A stretch of 64,000 bases of DNA from Eledone cirrhosa (GCA_964016885.1 OZ024741.1:171244001-171308000); one strand, 5' to 3'; positions 13,003-26,380 are shown, numbered from the stretch's first letter. Program-made: numbers and translations. Notes: generated from the letters alone by a model not told the origin.

Positions 13003-13178
13003 TATGTGTTTATATCTATATTATATCTGTATTTTTGAACGTTGGTCAGTCAATGGTAAACATTGAAGACCGAATTAATTAGCTGACATAAAAGATACAG
13101 AAGCGAAAACCAACCAAACAGTGAGTGTGTTCTGTTATTAATTCCGGCAATGTTATTATAACAATATGACCCTCCCCA
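13003..13178 (+). mobile_element. PLE pseudo-LTR 3' fragment (family A2)
   Basis: Homologous to 12062-12256; ends atgaccctcccc+(AT)n. Confidence 0.7.
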
Positions 13179-13203
13179 TATATATATATATATATATATA
13201 TAT

Positions 13204-13263
<60 letters not shown>

Positions 13264-13265
<2 letters not shown>

Positions 13266-13752
13266 GGGGTAACAAATTATTGTTATAGGTAGTCCACTTA
13301 AGTGTAGTCCAGTTATGGTACTCCGGGTAGTGGATGATATCAACGCTTGACTAAGTTTGACTCAACAAGGCGTTTTCATAGTGATGCTGCGAGTACGCTG
13401 TAATTCCTATGTTGTAAACACTTGGAGTAATAATAAATCAGGAAAGAAGAGTGACACGGTTTGCTATACAAAAAAGGTTTTTAATCTCATTGCTGACAAT
13501 TGTTTCTCTGAACTGGTATTTCTAGAGATTGCTACCCGCTTGTTTTCACGTTACTCGATCACCAATACAAAGTTTTAACCAGTCAGTTCATCGCAAGCTC
13601 CGAGGAACTGACTGGTTATAACTTTGTATTGGCGATCGAGTAACGTGAAAATAAGCGGATAGCGATCTCTAGACCTACCAGTTCAGAGAAACAATTGTCA
13701 GCAATGAGATTAAAAACCTTTTTTGTATAGCAAACCGTGTCACCCTTCTTTC

Positions 13753-13757
<5 letters not shown>
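13264..13757. mobile_element. Head-to-head PLE tail pair (family C) with degenerate HHRs
   Basis: Inverted arms 13437-~13593 and ~13601-13757; each has ctgactggt..accagttcag-a-GAAAC-aatt-GTC-agcaa with a shortened core (CGATGA/CGAGGA); TA flanks. Confidence 0.75.
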
Positions 13758-13800
<43 letters not shown>

Positions 13801-13823
13801 GAAAGAAGGGTGACACGGTGTGT

Positions 13824-13859
<36 letters not shown>

Positions 13860-13993
13860 AATTCGGATCTAGCTGTTGAAACGGCAGGAGGTAAGCTGTC
13901 AGGTTCCCGCATTTTTCATATTACCCACTCTACTACCACAAGTATCGAGTACTCTGATGAGTCATGGACTAACTGATTTTAATCGCTTCCAAT

Positions 13994-14026
<33 letters not shown>

Positions 14027-14215
14027 ACGAAGGAAATGTGGTAAGGAACCAGGTGGACCATAACGCACCAAAGTACTCAATACTTAGGGTAGTAGAGTGG
14101 GTAATAGGAACGAGTAGGACCCCGACGGCTGAGCTCAAGCCGTTTCGACGGCTAATTCTAGTCCAGAATTAGCCGTCGAAACGGCTTGAGCTCAGCCGCC
14201 GAGGTCCTACTCGTT

Positions 14216-14220
<5 letters not shown>
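14027..14220. mobile_element. Head-to-head PLE tail pair (family B)
   Basis: Palindrome axis ~14162; GAAACGGCT-tgagctc-AGCCGT-C half-hammerhead; same family at 21684, 32401 and 42778. Confidence 0.75.
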
Positions 14221-14257
<37 letters not shown>

Positions 14258-14440
14258 TATTGCTGCTCTGAAATAGCGATGTATACGAATGTATGTATAG
14301 TATATTTAGCAATATGCCGTATGTTTAATTAAAAACATTTAGAAGACCATTCGCTATTAGTTTTTAAAACTAATAACGAATGGTCTTCTAAATGTTTTTA
14401 ATTAAACATACGTTATATTGCCAAACATACTATACATACA

Positions 14441-14557
<117 letters not shown>

Positions 14558-14644
14558 GAAAAGATTCAGGATACCGACGGCTGAGCTCCGGCCGTTTCGA
14601 CAGCTAGATCCGGTATATATATATATATATATAGACACCCTATA

Positions 14645-14698
<54 letters not shown>

Positions 14699-14862
14699 CC
14701 AGCTTCCAATAAGATCAACAACACACCCACTATACAATTGTATAATCAATTTAAACATATTTTAATTTCCTACGATCAATAATCATATCTTTGCTGTGTA
14801 GTAGCGTTGTGGAAATATCCAAAGCACTGGATAGTATGTTTTTGGAGCAGCTTGCTTTAATA

Positions 14863-15077
14863 TAATTGTTTATACTTTTGGCATAAGGCCAGCAATTATC
14901 TTAGTGCATTACTGGTGCTTTACTTTGTAGACTCTGTAAGGATGAAAGGCAAAGTTAACCTTAATTTAATATATTTGTTTCTACTTTTGGCACAAGGCCA
15001 CCAATTATCTCAGTGCATACTGGCACTTTATTTTATCGTCCCCTTAACGTTGAAAGGGAAAGTTAACCTCGGCGGGA
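14863..15077 (-). mobile_element. Two tandem truncated SINE 3' fragments
   Basis: Two diverged copies of the SINE 3' half (about 14863-14962 and 14973-15077). Confidence 0.75.
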
Positions 15078-15966
15078 TAATGAATATTACCTAATTTATC
15101 TACTAAATTTCGTGGCTATTCGTTAAATATATTTTGTTTATTTGAAGATTCATTTCGTTAACATTTATGAAATGTCAACACTTCCGGTGGCGATCACTTA
15201 AATAAACATACTAATTTTCTGTAACTAATTTTCTTCTAATGCAGTTTATATATAATATCGTCTTTTTTAATGTATCATGAATTACGTTACTGATTAAATA
15301 AGACAGTGTAACAACGTCTTCGTTCAATTTCTGTTTATATTGTCAATTACGATTTTATTTGATGTATCATATATACATGTATATATATTTGCGTATAATA
15401 TCAATATACAGACTACACATGCTAGTTTAATATAATGTGGGTTGAATGGCTGGTATTAGTAATAACAACGTATTGCAGAATAGAGGCGTGTATAGGAGCA
15501 TACATACAATATATTTAGGTATAATAGACATACATAAATCTCGGTGTCAGTATTTTCAACTGTGATCATATCTAGAAAGCATGTGAGAATGCGAAAAACT
15601 CTAGTATATCAGGATCTTTATTCTATAAGTGTTGGGTGATGGCTTTTCGTTTATATGTAGATAGTAGATACACATATTAAAATTCACCGGGATATATTTC
15701 TTTTCATTGAAAGTGCCCCATAAAATACTTAATATTTATAAGAACAATGACAACAATGCTCATGTGAAAGAAATAAAATGACGGCATCTGGAATATATAA
15801 TATAAAAACATATATGCAATAACTTACCTTAATTATGCATTATCATATGAGAGACAGAGATGGATGGAGGAAGCGTGTCGTAGAAAGCCGAGCAAGCTCG
15901 ACCTGATGATGATGTAGGCATGTGCGTGGATGGTGTATAAATATATTAATGCATACATGCATACAA

Positions 15967-17286
<1,320 letters not shown>

Positions 17287-17444
17287 ATACTTTGAGAGGG
17301 TCATGTTGCCAATAAGAAACACACGCACCAGTTGCTTTCACTTCAATTTATTATATATTTATAAATTTATAAGTTTACAAATCTACAAACCTATAAATTT
17401 CTGGTTGGTTGGTTGGTTCCACAACCAGATAGTTGTTTATATAT

Positions 17445-17489
17445 AGTCATAGTCCTTTCGTCACACACTCTGTGACTTCTTCAGTGACT
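17445..17489 (-). ncRNA. Minimal type I hammerhead in 3' pseudo-LTR
   Basis: Minus: agtca-CTGAAGA-agtcac-agagtgt-gtgac-GAAA-ggac-TA-tgact. Confidence 0.85.
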
Positions 17490-17697
17490 GGGGATTGCTT
17501 TCTTTGTTTCTGTGCCTTTCCTTTCTTCTGTCCTACGCCATTTTGTTTCTGTGTGTGTGTTGTGCGCTCAGTTTGCGCATGCGCCACATCCGGGTGTCTG
17601 GGTGTGTTTGTGTTCATTTATCTATTTGTTTATTTATTTATTTATTTATTGTTGGTTGGTTGTTTGTTCTATGTGTGTGTATGTTATCATTTTGTCC

Positions 17698-19854
17698 TTA
17701 ATTGTAAGTTGTGATGTTGCTGTTCCACTCATATTTTCTATTTAATTTTGGTTGTAATTCTTTTATGCTTACTGCCTCTGTAATTTGCCTAAACATTGCA
17801 TCTTTTCTATGTGTGGATTCTATTTTTATTTCTATGTTCTCTAATTTACTCCTGTGTTCTATCTTAGCATGTTGGTAGAGCACAGATGATTCTTTATTAT
17901 CTTGAAGGTCTCGCCAGTGTTCATTTATTCGTTCCCCTATACTACGAGCTGTCTCACGTATGTGCACTATATTTTTGTTTCTACATTGTCCTTCAGTACA
18001 TCTTATGCTATACACTACAATTCTAGTTTTACAGTTAATATGGGGGCTTATTTTACAGGTTATACATTTCTTATCTATACATGAGGGTATTTGGAACGGG
18101 TATGTCTTGCTAATAAGTGTTTTTACGGAGGTACCTGGTCTTTCTACTATCTTAATATTGAGTTTATGTTTATTTAGGGCCCTTCTAAATTTGTAGGCTA
18201 GTTCGCCTCTAGGGGTTGTATTGATGAACATTACACTCTGGTATTTATTGCTATCATACCATGAGTTTATTCTATTGGCCTTGTTCCTAGTTCTTTCTAT
18301 TCTATTCCAAAATGTGCTCCTATACAAGGCGCAGGTCCCATTTATGTCATTATTTACCATTTTTTCCCATTTGGTTCTGGCTCCTCTATACACTCTGATT
18401 CTATCTCTCTGATTGTAGCCAGAGAACTGCATACGGTGGATGAAGTGTTGTATGTGTCTCTCTAGATCTTCGGGGTTGCACATGTGGGACACATTTCTCA
18501 TCACCCGTACCAAATCCGCAATCAGTATGTTGATTTTGGTATGGTCCGAAATGGCCGAGTTTCGGTGGATCAGATGTTTGGAAGTCATGGGTTTGGCATA
18601 ATGGGAATGGAGGATTTGTGTTTGGTTGTTAATGGTATCTAACCAGAGCTCTGTGTCTAGTACAGGTAATCGATGGTTGGGGTGTCTACTTGGGTAGTCT
18701 ATAGTAACTCTAATGCTCTGGTGGATGGAGTTTGCTATTTGCTGGATGCTTTCCATTGTGTTTTTCTCTAGTTCCTGACAGTTCTTTAGTGGGGGTGTCT
18801 TAACTACGATGTTTATATCATCTACGTAGCGGGAGTACGTTATCAGGGTTACGCTGCCTTCTAATTGTTCTTTAAGTTTTTGTTTAAGTCTACTGTCCCA
18901 CCATACCATGAATAAGTTAGCTATGTCGCCTGCAATGCTAACACCAATGGCTGCTCCTTCCTCTTGGGCATATGTTTTACCATTAAATTTGAACATATGT
19001 TCCTTAAGGGTTAATTTTATGCTGGCCCCTACCGCATGTGCAATCATTTTCTTCAGTCCATCGTGGTTTTCGGGTGTCCGTATGGCTCTGGTCCACCCGT
19101 TACATCTATTTGTGTGGGTTTTCTTGGCCATTGAGGTAATGGTAGGTGGTCTACCTCTTGCTGGTCTTGTAGGGCACAAGTTGCTAAGGTCATAAGTGTC
19201 TAGGTAACTATTACTATGGGTAAGCTTAAGTAGAAGTCCCAGCTCACTGGTATCAATCCCACGGAACTTAACCTTGCTCTCGCTGATCATTTCTACGCAT
19301 TTCTCCACAGCAAAATCCACGTCAATAGATGGATACAGGGACACAACATCCATACTGCCTATTATGCAGTTTGTTAGGTCCCCAGATCGGTTACTCGCGC
19401 CGATTCTGCTGAGGAGGTCCTCCGTGCTGTCACATACATCTGGGGACATCTCAATGATGGGGCGTATGATCAGGGAGAGGAAGTAGGACAGTCTGTAGTT
19501 ACTAGCAATGTTAGCCCCACAGACTGGCCGTGTTGGTGGTCCCGCGACAGGGTCACAGCCCGTTTTATGGTCTTTTCGAAGCCCATACAACGCCGGCACG
19601 TCATTGTTCCAGGCCTGGAAGTTGTTGGCAGTCCTTTTGTTGGGCTGCATTATATTCGTCCACATCACCATATGGGCATTGAGGGCTTTTTCTCTATCCT
19701 CATGCTCCTGTGGTGTTACCTCTCTTGTGTTAGTGATGTGGGGTTGCATTGCCTGGATGTAGTTTGGCAGGCTGTCAACCGACATTCTGCCAGACTTGTC
19801 TGTTGGAAAGCATGCTATCTCTCCATTACCTGAGCGCTGAATGAGCTTACGCAA
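17698..19854 (-). CDS. PLE polyprotein C-terminal part: reverse transcriptase + Cys linker + GIY-YIG endonuclease
   Basis: DKSG, GSMDVVSLYPSI, GAAIG, RYVDDI, LPVLD motifs; CxxxxCxxC linker; VVYSIRC..HIRET..RINEH..EA..I..LN. The frame is open upstream to about 19985, where a frameshift separates it from the N-terminus. Confidence 0.92.
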   Translation of the reverse strand: MRKLIQRSGNGEIACFPTDKSGRMSVDSLPNYIQAMQPHITNTREVTPQEHEDREKALNAHMVMWTNIMQPNKRTANNFQAWNNDVPALYGLRKDHKTGCDPVAGPPTRPVCGANIASNYRLSYFLSLIIRPIIEMSPDVCDSTEDLLSRIGASNRSGDLTNCIIGSMDVVSLYPSIDVDFAVEKCVEMISESKVKFRGIDTSELGLLLKLTHSNSYLDTYDLSNLCPTRPARGRPPTITSMAKKTHTNRCNGWTRAIRTPENHDGLKKMIAHAVGASIKLTLKEHMFKFNGKTYAQEEGAAIGVSIAGDIANLFMVWWDSRLKQKLKEQLEGSVTLITYSRYVDDINIVVKTPPLKNCQELEKNTMESIQQIANSIHQSIRVTIDYPSRHPNHRLPVLDTELWLDTINNQTQILHSHYAKPMTSKHLIHRNSAISDHTKINILIADLVRVMRNVSHMCNPEDLERHIQHFIHRMQFSGYNQRDRIRVYRGARTKWEKMVNNDINGTCALYRSTFWNRIERTRNKANRINSWYDSNKYQSVMFINTTPRGELAYKFRRALNKHKLNIKIVERPGTSVKTLISKTYPFQIPSCIDKKCITCKISPHINCKTRIVVYSIRCTEGQCRNKNIVHIRETARSIGERINEHWRDLQDNKESSVLYQHAKIEHRSKLENIEIKIESTHRKDAMFRQITEAVSIKELQPKLNRKYEWNSNITTYN

Positions 19855-20327
19855 GCCATTTGCAGATTTTTCTCCCAGTTGCTGGGCCTCTATTCTATTA
19901 TGCTTCTTGCTATACTGTTCTATAATATTTCTAAGTTCGGATTTAGCTATACTAAATTGTGCTTCTGTTTGTTCATCACCTGCGACGGCAACTGCGTGCG
20001 TTTGTTAAATGGTAAAGTCGTGGCGTGGACTCGTCGCAGGTCGAATGATTTATCGGAGGGATTATAAAACGGAGAGTTCTAGGCTGCTGCTTTATGTGTA
20101 CTAGTGCTATTGTTATTGTTAATTGTGTTGTTTCTATTTCTATTTCCACCAACTGCCTCATGGTTGTTTCTATGTCTCTCATAATTACTCCTGTCTCTTT
20201 CCACTGGCTCAATGTTGTTATCTACCCTATTTTGTGTGTCTGTGTGTTCGTCTTGGTTATTCTCTTTGTCCTTAGTCTCCCATATCCTGTTCCTTTTAAT
20301 CTTATTACTTTCCCTTATTTCTCTGAT

Positions 20328-21390
20328 TTATGTGCTACTGTCATTACTTGTTTTCTGTGTCTGTGTGTTTGTTAAGATTGTGGTGGTGGTGAGAGGCATT
20401 GAATGCGTGTGTGTTGTTGTTGTTGATGTGTGCTGTTGTTGACGTGTGTTGTTGTTGTCTCCGCGTGTGTTATCGTTGTTGTGTGTGTTGTTATTGTTGT
20501 TTGTGTCTGCGTGTCTGTTGTTGTTGTTTCTGGGTATGTTGCTATTGTTGTTGTTGTTGATGTGTGTGTTGTTGTTATTGTTGTTTGTGAAGGTGTGTCT
20601 GTTGTTGTTGGGATGTGTGTTGTATATGTGTGTGCGTATATTGTTGCTTTTGTTTTTGATGCTCCAGCGTAGTTTTGTAAATGATTTTTCTATTTCTGAC
20701 AGACAACTAATCATATTTACCTTCTTGAACGTCGCAAATTTGGGCGGCAGACATAACACAGACATTTCATCATTATCTATTTTTGCGTTCCCATAAATGT
20801 TGGTGTTTTTGTTGTTGAACTCTTCTGATAATGAGGTGTCGGCCATGTTGATACCGTCAATTTTGTCGGGATATCGATTGGTATACTCTATAGTATCCCG
20901 ATTTAGCTTTGTCTGTTTAAGCCACTTTAGTTTTCTGTTAAAGTGCTTATCACATTCTTGAGTAATGTACTGTTCTTCGGGGCGTATAAGGCTTATAAAT
21001 ATTAGTTTTTCTGCTGGTGTGGTGATTTTAGCTATTTCTTGTATTAAGTTACGCTTTAGTTTTTCTTGGTGACTTAATTCTCTATAGATCTTCTTTTTTA
21101 TGTTTAGAATTAAAGTTCGTTTTAGCCTATCTGCTTGTTTTTTGGTGAGTTGTAATCTTCTAACGTCGGTATTGATGGTGTTGGTGTAGATTCTAGAAGT
21201 GGTGCACAGTTTTATGAAGCGTAGTTGTCGAGATGTTATGGTTTTTCGTAGACAACAGAACATGGTGGTTTTCAGTATCTTGTTAGCCTGGCTAAGGCTT
21301 ACGATATTTCGTTTCTGAATTTGTTTAGCAAGATTCTTTATCTGAAATCGTGTGTTGAAACCGATATTGTTATACTTTGGGAGGGTCATG
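20328..21390 (-). pseudogene. PLE polyprotein N-terminal part (frameshifted from RT)
   Basis: ATG (MTLPKYNN) lies inside the 5' pseudo-LTR; basic N-terminus with EMSVLCLPPKFA..EIEKSFTKLRW; ends in an Asn/Thr/His low-complexity tract. Confidence 0.75.
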
Positions 21391-21529
21391 TTGCCAATAA
21401 GAAACACACGCACCAGTTGCTTTCACTTCAATTTATTATATATTTATAAATTTATAAATTTACAAATCTACAAACCTTTAAATTTCTGGTTGGTTGGTTG
21501 GTTCAACAACCAGATAGTTGTTTATATAT

Positions 21530-21574
21530 AGTCATAGTCCTTTCGTCACACACTCTGTGACCTCTTCAGTGACT
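21530..21574 (-). ncRNA. Minimal type I hammerhead in 5' pseudo-LTR
   Basis: Minus: agtca-CTGAAGA-ggtcac-agagtgt-gtgac-GAAA-ggac-TA-tgact. Confidence 0.85.
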
Positions 21575-21683
21575 GGGGATTGCTTTCTTTGTTTCTGTGC
21601 CTTTCCTTTCTTCTGTCCTACGCCATTTTGTTTCTGTGTGAGTGTTGTGTGCTCAGTTTGCGCATGCGCCACATCCGGGTGTC

Positions 21684-21775
21684 ATAATTTTTCCTATTTC
21701 CCACTCTACTACCCTAAGTATTGAGTACTCTGGTGCGTTACGGTCCATCTGGTTCCTTACCACAATTCCTTCGTA
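21684..21775 (+). mobile_element. Family B PLE tail fused head-to-head to the 5' end of the family A element
   Basis: Approximate reverse complement of 14027-14118 and 42778-42870; ends ccttcgt close to (TA)n. Confidence 0.8.
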
Positions 21776-21779
21776 ATAC

Positions 21780-21840
<61 letters not shown>

Positions 21841-22098
21841 AAAGAATAGAGGTGTAACACACAAGTTATTATATTTTGGTAAACGGAATAGAAAATGCTG
21901 ACAAATTGTTCACAGTTGAAAAATGGTTTAATTAGGAATAAAAGAGTATTAGTAATTGTATGGGTTAGTATTCAGTTGTGGTTTTAAGTTTTTAAGTTTT
22001 TACCGGTTGCGCATTTCTAAATGCTTTTCAAAAATAATTTTGAGATAGAGTGTCCGTGTTGTTTGCTCTGATCTGATTAGTTTTGGGAATTCTACCTG

Positions 22099-22343
22099 TT
22101 TTTATGTTAAAAAAGTGGCTCCAGCGCTACTTTGGTGTTGCAAAAATTCTTGTGGTCAAAACAATTTTGATTGGTCGGTAGAGGTCATGTAAATGTAAAT
22201 ATTGATTTTGCGCCAAGACTGTTTTTATGTTAAAAAAGTAGCTCCAGCGCTACTTGGTGTTTGCAAAAATTCTTGTGGTCAAAACAATCTTGATTGGTCG
22301 GTAGAGGTCATGTGAATAAAAAATTGATTTTGCGCCAAGACTG
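22099..22343. repeat. About 122-bp direct duplication
   Basis: tttttatgttaaaaaagt...gcgccaagactg occurs twice. Confidence 0.85.
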
Positions 22344-22454
22344 AGAAATGACTCTTTCACAACAAATATGTGCGTGTGTGTGTAGTAGTAGTAGTAAGGT
22401 GTTCGATGTTGTGATAATGGTTAGCAGGGATGTGTGTCAAATGGCTATTAAGAT

Positions 22455-22527
<73 letters not shown>

Positions 22528-22687
22528 GCAGAGTAATTCGTGCTAGCAGGGATGGTCAGTAGGAATGTGTCTGTAAGCAGTGGAGGGGGGGGTATTTTAG
22601 CATGTCAAAAGATGTTTTTCAGCTTTTGTCTTATACGGAGAAATGTGTGTGTATAAGTCTCTTTGTATGTTAATGTACGCGTGTGTA

Positions 22688-22767
<80 letters not shown>

Positions 22768-22890
22768 AATGTGTGTGTGGGTGGACCAGTATCTTTTCCC
22801 CCTGGTAAAATGGTGTACATTATTCGATTTTTTCAGTAAAATCGGTTCTCTTAATAGAACATCAAAAATCTTAACAATAGAGGGTGTGAA

Positions 22891-23230
22891 ATGATATTTA
22901 CTATATATGATGATTGCCTCATTCTTTGGTCCCACACACTCGACCAACTGAAGGATTTCAAAAACTTAATAAACGGCATCAATAACCACATCCAATTTAC
23001 AATGGAATACAGCCAAGATCAACTCCCATTTCTGGACATCTTAATCACAAAAAAAGACACAAATATCGAAACTGACATACACTACAAACCAACAGATTCC
23101 AAACAATATCTGCTATTCACCTCCAACCATCCAAAGCACACGAAGACGAACATTCCTTTTAACCTAGCAAGAAGAATTTGCACATTCATCTTTTAAATAC
23201 CAACTTAAAAGAACCAACACGGCTCTCTCA
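22891..23230 (+). pseudogene. PLE RT fragment (YxDD motif through thumb), Neptune/Penelope-type
   Basis: YDDCLILW..IQFTME..LPFLDILI..TDIHYKPTDSKQYL..SNHPKHTK.NIPFNLARRIC. Confidence 0.88.
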
Positions 23231-23892
23231 GAACTCATATGGTCCTTGAAAGACAAAAATATTAAATATAACATCTCTTGGAAAAAGGTTTCTTCTGCTT
23301 CCATACTTGAACAGTTCTCTATCCAAGACTTGCAATCTCTGTCTAAATGAAAAATTTACCATTATACCTAATTTAGATTCTATAATAAATAGACGCACTG
23401 ACTTGTTTTCTATCTGCTTGCATAAATTCCACAGAACCTTCCATAAAGTATACAGCTAATATCCTAAACTTTATCAATTCAGAATCCTTTTCTCAAAGGC
23501 ACATATATATATATATATATACTTCTTTAAAAATATACCCATCTTTCTACCTTATTTCAAAGTTATTTATTATACATTATATAATACTTGTTACTCATTC
23601 TATATCACTCCTATTTATCACTTCCCTTTCTTCCTTTTCATTTTCTTTTCTTTTTCTTTTAATTTCTAACTCCTAAGCTGTACCTTTTCTCACTGTTCCT
23701 AACATGGTAACAATTATTACACAATACAATATATTCTTACTTTATATCACCTTGAAAAAATCCTTTCGTAAACATAAACATTTTTTTGACGCTAGATTAT
23801 TCATGCTCTATTCATTATATTTTTCTCACTTTCATCTAACTTATTCATGCTCATCTCACAATATATCCTTACTTACATTACTTTTGTTTTTT

Positions 23893-24070
23893 TAATAATA
23901 CATATCAACATTTTCTTTCCATCGCACATATTATTAAACCCTTAAATATTATTTTTAATACATATTAACATTTTCTTTCCATCGCACATATTATTAAACC
24001 CTTAAATATTATTCTTAATACATATTAACAATTTCTTTTCATCGCACATATTATTAAACCCTTCAATATA
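23893..24070. repeat. 60-bp tandem repeat x3
   Basis: taatacatattaacattttctttccatcgcacatattattaaaccctt.. repeated. Confidence 0.9.
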
Positions 24071-24406
24071 CAAACCTTAAATTTACATTATTTTTCTCTT
24101 CGTTAACTTTCAAATTCTTTTAATTTATACATTATCTTCCAACGGTTTTTCAACCTCTCTATGTAAAACAATATATTTTTCTCAGTTATAAAAGCTATCT
24201 CCATCTCTCCTCCTATCTCATCCTTCCTCATTATACTCCTCCCCCTCCACTTTTTACTCTCATCTCCTCCTCTTTTTCATGCTTTCCACCCCCACCCCCC
24301 TCAAATTTTTTTTCCCCATTACCACACATCTAAAACTACTTTTCATATGTTGATTTAAAACTGCACTATCCACAAGTGTTTTTAACCTTCATATCATGTC
24401 TTCCTA

Positions 24407-24473
24407 TTTTATCTGATGAAAACACAAATCTTATTGCATGATGATATTTGTTTTTGAAATGCGGATAATAAAA
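24407..24473 (+). ncRNA. Type I hammerhead at the 3' end of the 22.9-24.5 kb PLE remnant
   Basis: ttttat-CTGATGA-aaacacaaat..atttgttttt-GAAA-tgcgga-TA-ataaaa; 6-bp stem I. Confidence 0.8.
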
Positions 24474-24516
24474 TACATGGAACTCTTTTAACCATCTTTT
24501 GATCTTATATATTATG

Positions 24517-24550
<34 letters not shown>

Positions 24551-24660
24551 AGTATATTTTATATATGTATATATATATGTATATATATGTATATATATAT
24601 ACGTATATATATATATATATATACATATATATATTAAAAGAATGAAACGGACATATATAC

Positions 24661-24702
<42 letters not shown>

Positions 24703-24769
24703 GCATATATGTACATATATATATATACATATATATACATATATACATATACTATTCTCTCTCTCTCTT

Positions 24770-24828
<59 letters not shown>

Positions 24829-25000
24829 ATATAATTAGGAAAATCTGCTTAGATAGAATCAAGATGTATCTGAGGACCTTGCGGTTTTCAGAGTCAGGTT
24901 TGATCATCACATCGATCGTGCATCGAGCTAGTCGCCAGAGAAACGATTGTAATATGTCCAATAAATTCCATTCATAGCAACACAGATTCTCTTTTTTTCT

Positions 25001-25046
<46 letters not shown>

Positions 25047-25051
<5 letters not shown>

Positions 25052-25235
25052 GTTTCTGCTTTAGGCACAAGGCCAGCAATTAAATAGTGGATTACTGGTA
25101 TATTATTTTATCGACCCCGTAAGGATGAAAGGCAAAGTCAACCTCGGCCGGATTTGAACTCAGATCGTAAAGGGACGTAACTATGCTGGAAAGCATGGCG
25201 TCCGACCCTCCACTGATACTGCCAATCAACCGTCC
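25047..25235 (-). mobile_element. tRNA-derived SINE in (TA)n
   Basis: Near full length; same family. Confidence 0.88.
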
Positions 25236-25371
25236 TATATATATATATATAATGAGAGAGAGATAGAGAGAGAGGAGGTAGCAGTAGTAGTAACAGGTAG
25301 GTAAAATATGCAAGGTATAGAGCAAATCAAATCTGTAGCGCGAGTTTCAATATCATTATTAAAGCCAGTTA

Positions 25372-25590
25372 TGGCGGTGGATTGGCAGTATCAGTAGTGT
25401 GTCGGACACCATGCTCGTAGCATAGAGTTATGACTCTTTTCGTTCTGAGTTCAAATCCCGCCGAGTTTAACTTTGCCTTTCATCCTTACAGGGTCGATAA
25501 AATAAAGTACCAGTCACGCACTTGGGTCGATTTAATCGACTTTATCCTCCCCCCAAATTACTGGCCTTGTGCCTATATAAGAAACCATTA
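25372..25590 (+). mobile_element. Full-length tRNA-derived SINE with 18-bp TSD
   Basis: A and B boxes; cattattaaagccagtta at 25354-25371 and 25586-25603. Confidence 0.9.
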
Positions 25591-26085
25591 TTAAAGCCAG
25601 TTACTTCTCAAATACAATAACATAAGTTATTCACCAAATGGAAGATACTAGAAAAATCTCAACCATATATAAAAGGGTGGATACTGATTAATTTCCAAAA
25701 CGATAACAAAATATGTTCTTATGTTTCTAAGTACCTTTTAAAGAACGGACCTCCTTAATATTGAACTATATCTCTCTTAATCTATCGATTTTTTCTAAAC
25801 CCTCATATTTGTTAGCTAATTTAGCGTTTGTTTGTGTTTCCCAGTTAAATTTACTCCCCTAGACCATCGAAATGATCTGCACCCGAATTTAGGGCCGACA
25901 TTCTTTCAATAGTGTTCTGTATTTTTGTTTTTGAATGAATATTTTCCGGTTCATTTTTGTCGGCACACGTTGAACAAGTTGGTTCGCAGGACTAACAAAA
26001 CGTACGTTACCTGGTATGGTGCCATTGTAGTAACTAGCCTTAATGATTATATATATATATTTATATATATACATGTAAATATATG

Positions 26086-26152
<67 letters not shown>

Positions 26153-26296
26153 AATTAATATATCTAGTAACATATATATACAAAAATTGGCCAAAACTGC
26201 TACTACAGTAACGGTCCGGCTGCTGTCTTCTTAACAAACCACTTTTTGTATAAGTTCCCTGTGTCCACGTATTGGCTGGAAACTTAGCTGAGAATA

Positions 26297-26380
26297 GACT
26301 TCCCTGATGACGAAAGGCGTCTCCGTACGTTTCTTCGGAAACTATGTTTATTCCCTTTCAGAAACTAATTAGTTGGAGTC
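26297..26380 (+). ncRNA. Type I hammerhead ribozyme
   Basis: gacttcc-CTGATGA-cgaaaggcgt..acgtttcttcg-GAAACTA..TAGTT-ggagtc. Confidence 0.8.

Larger units (their letters stand above)
17281..21683 (-). mobile_element. Near-full-length Penelope-like retroelement (family A) with direct pseudo-LTRs
   Basis: 318-bp direct repeats at 17281-17598 and 21366-21683; RT plus GIY-YIG ORF between them; HHR in each repeat; 3' end at (TA)n. Confidence 0.93.

Noticed and set aside
13955-13975. CTGATGAG as the missing 5' half of the family B hammerhead
   Set aside because: It aligns with the B tail (gagtactctggtgcgtt), lies downstream of the GAAAC half and has no matching stem II.
17281-21683. LTR retrotransposon
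   Set aside because: No gag, protease, RNase H or integrase, and no TG..CA ends; GIY-YIG plus HHR indicate PLE pseudo-LTRs.
24870-24915. HHR-like GTGATGA..GAAAACCGCAAGGTC on minus (similar weak motifs near 120, 25990, 31450, 50290 and 51820)
   Set aside because: Core or stems too degenerate to call; probably old relics and not counted as features.
25372-25465. tRNA gene
   Set aside because: A and B boxes belong to the SINE head; no cloverleaf, followed by the SINE body and TSD.
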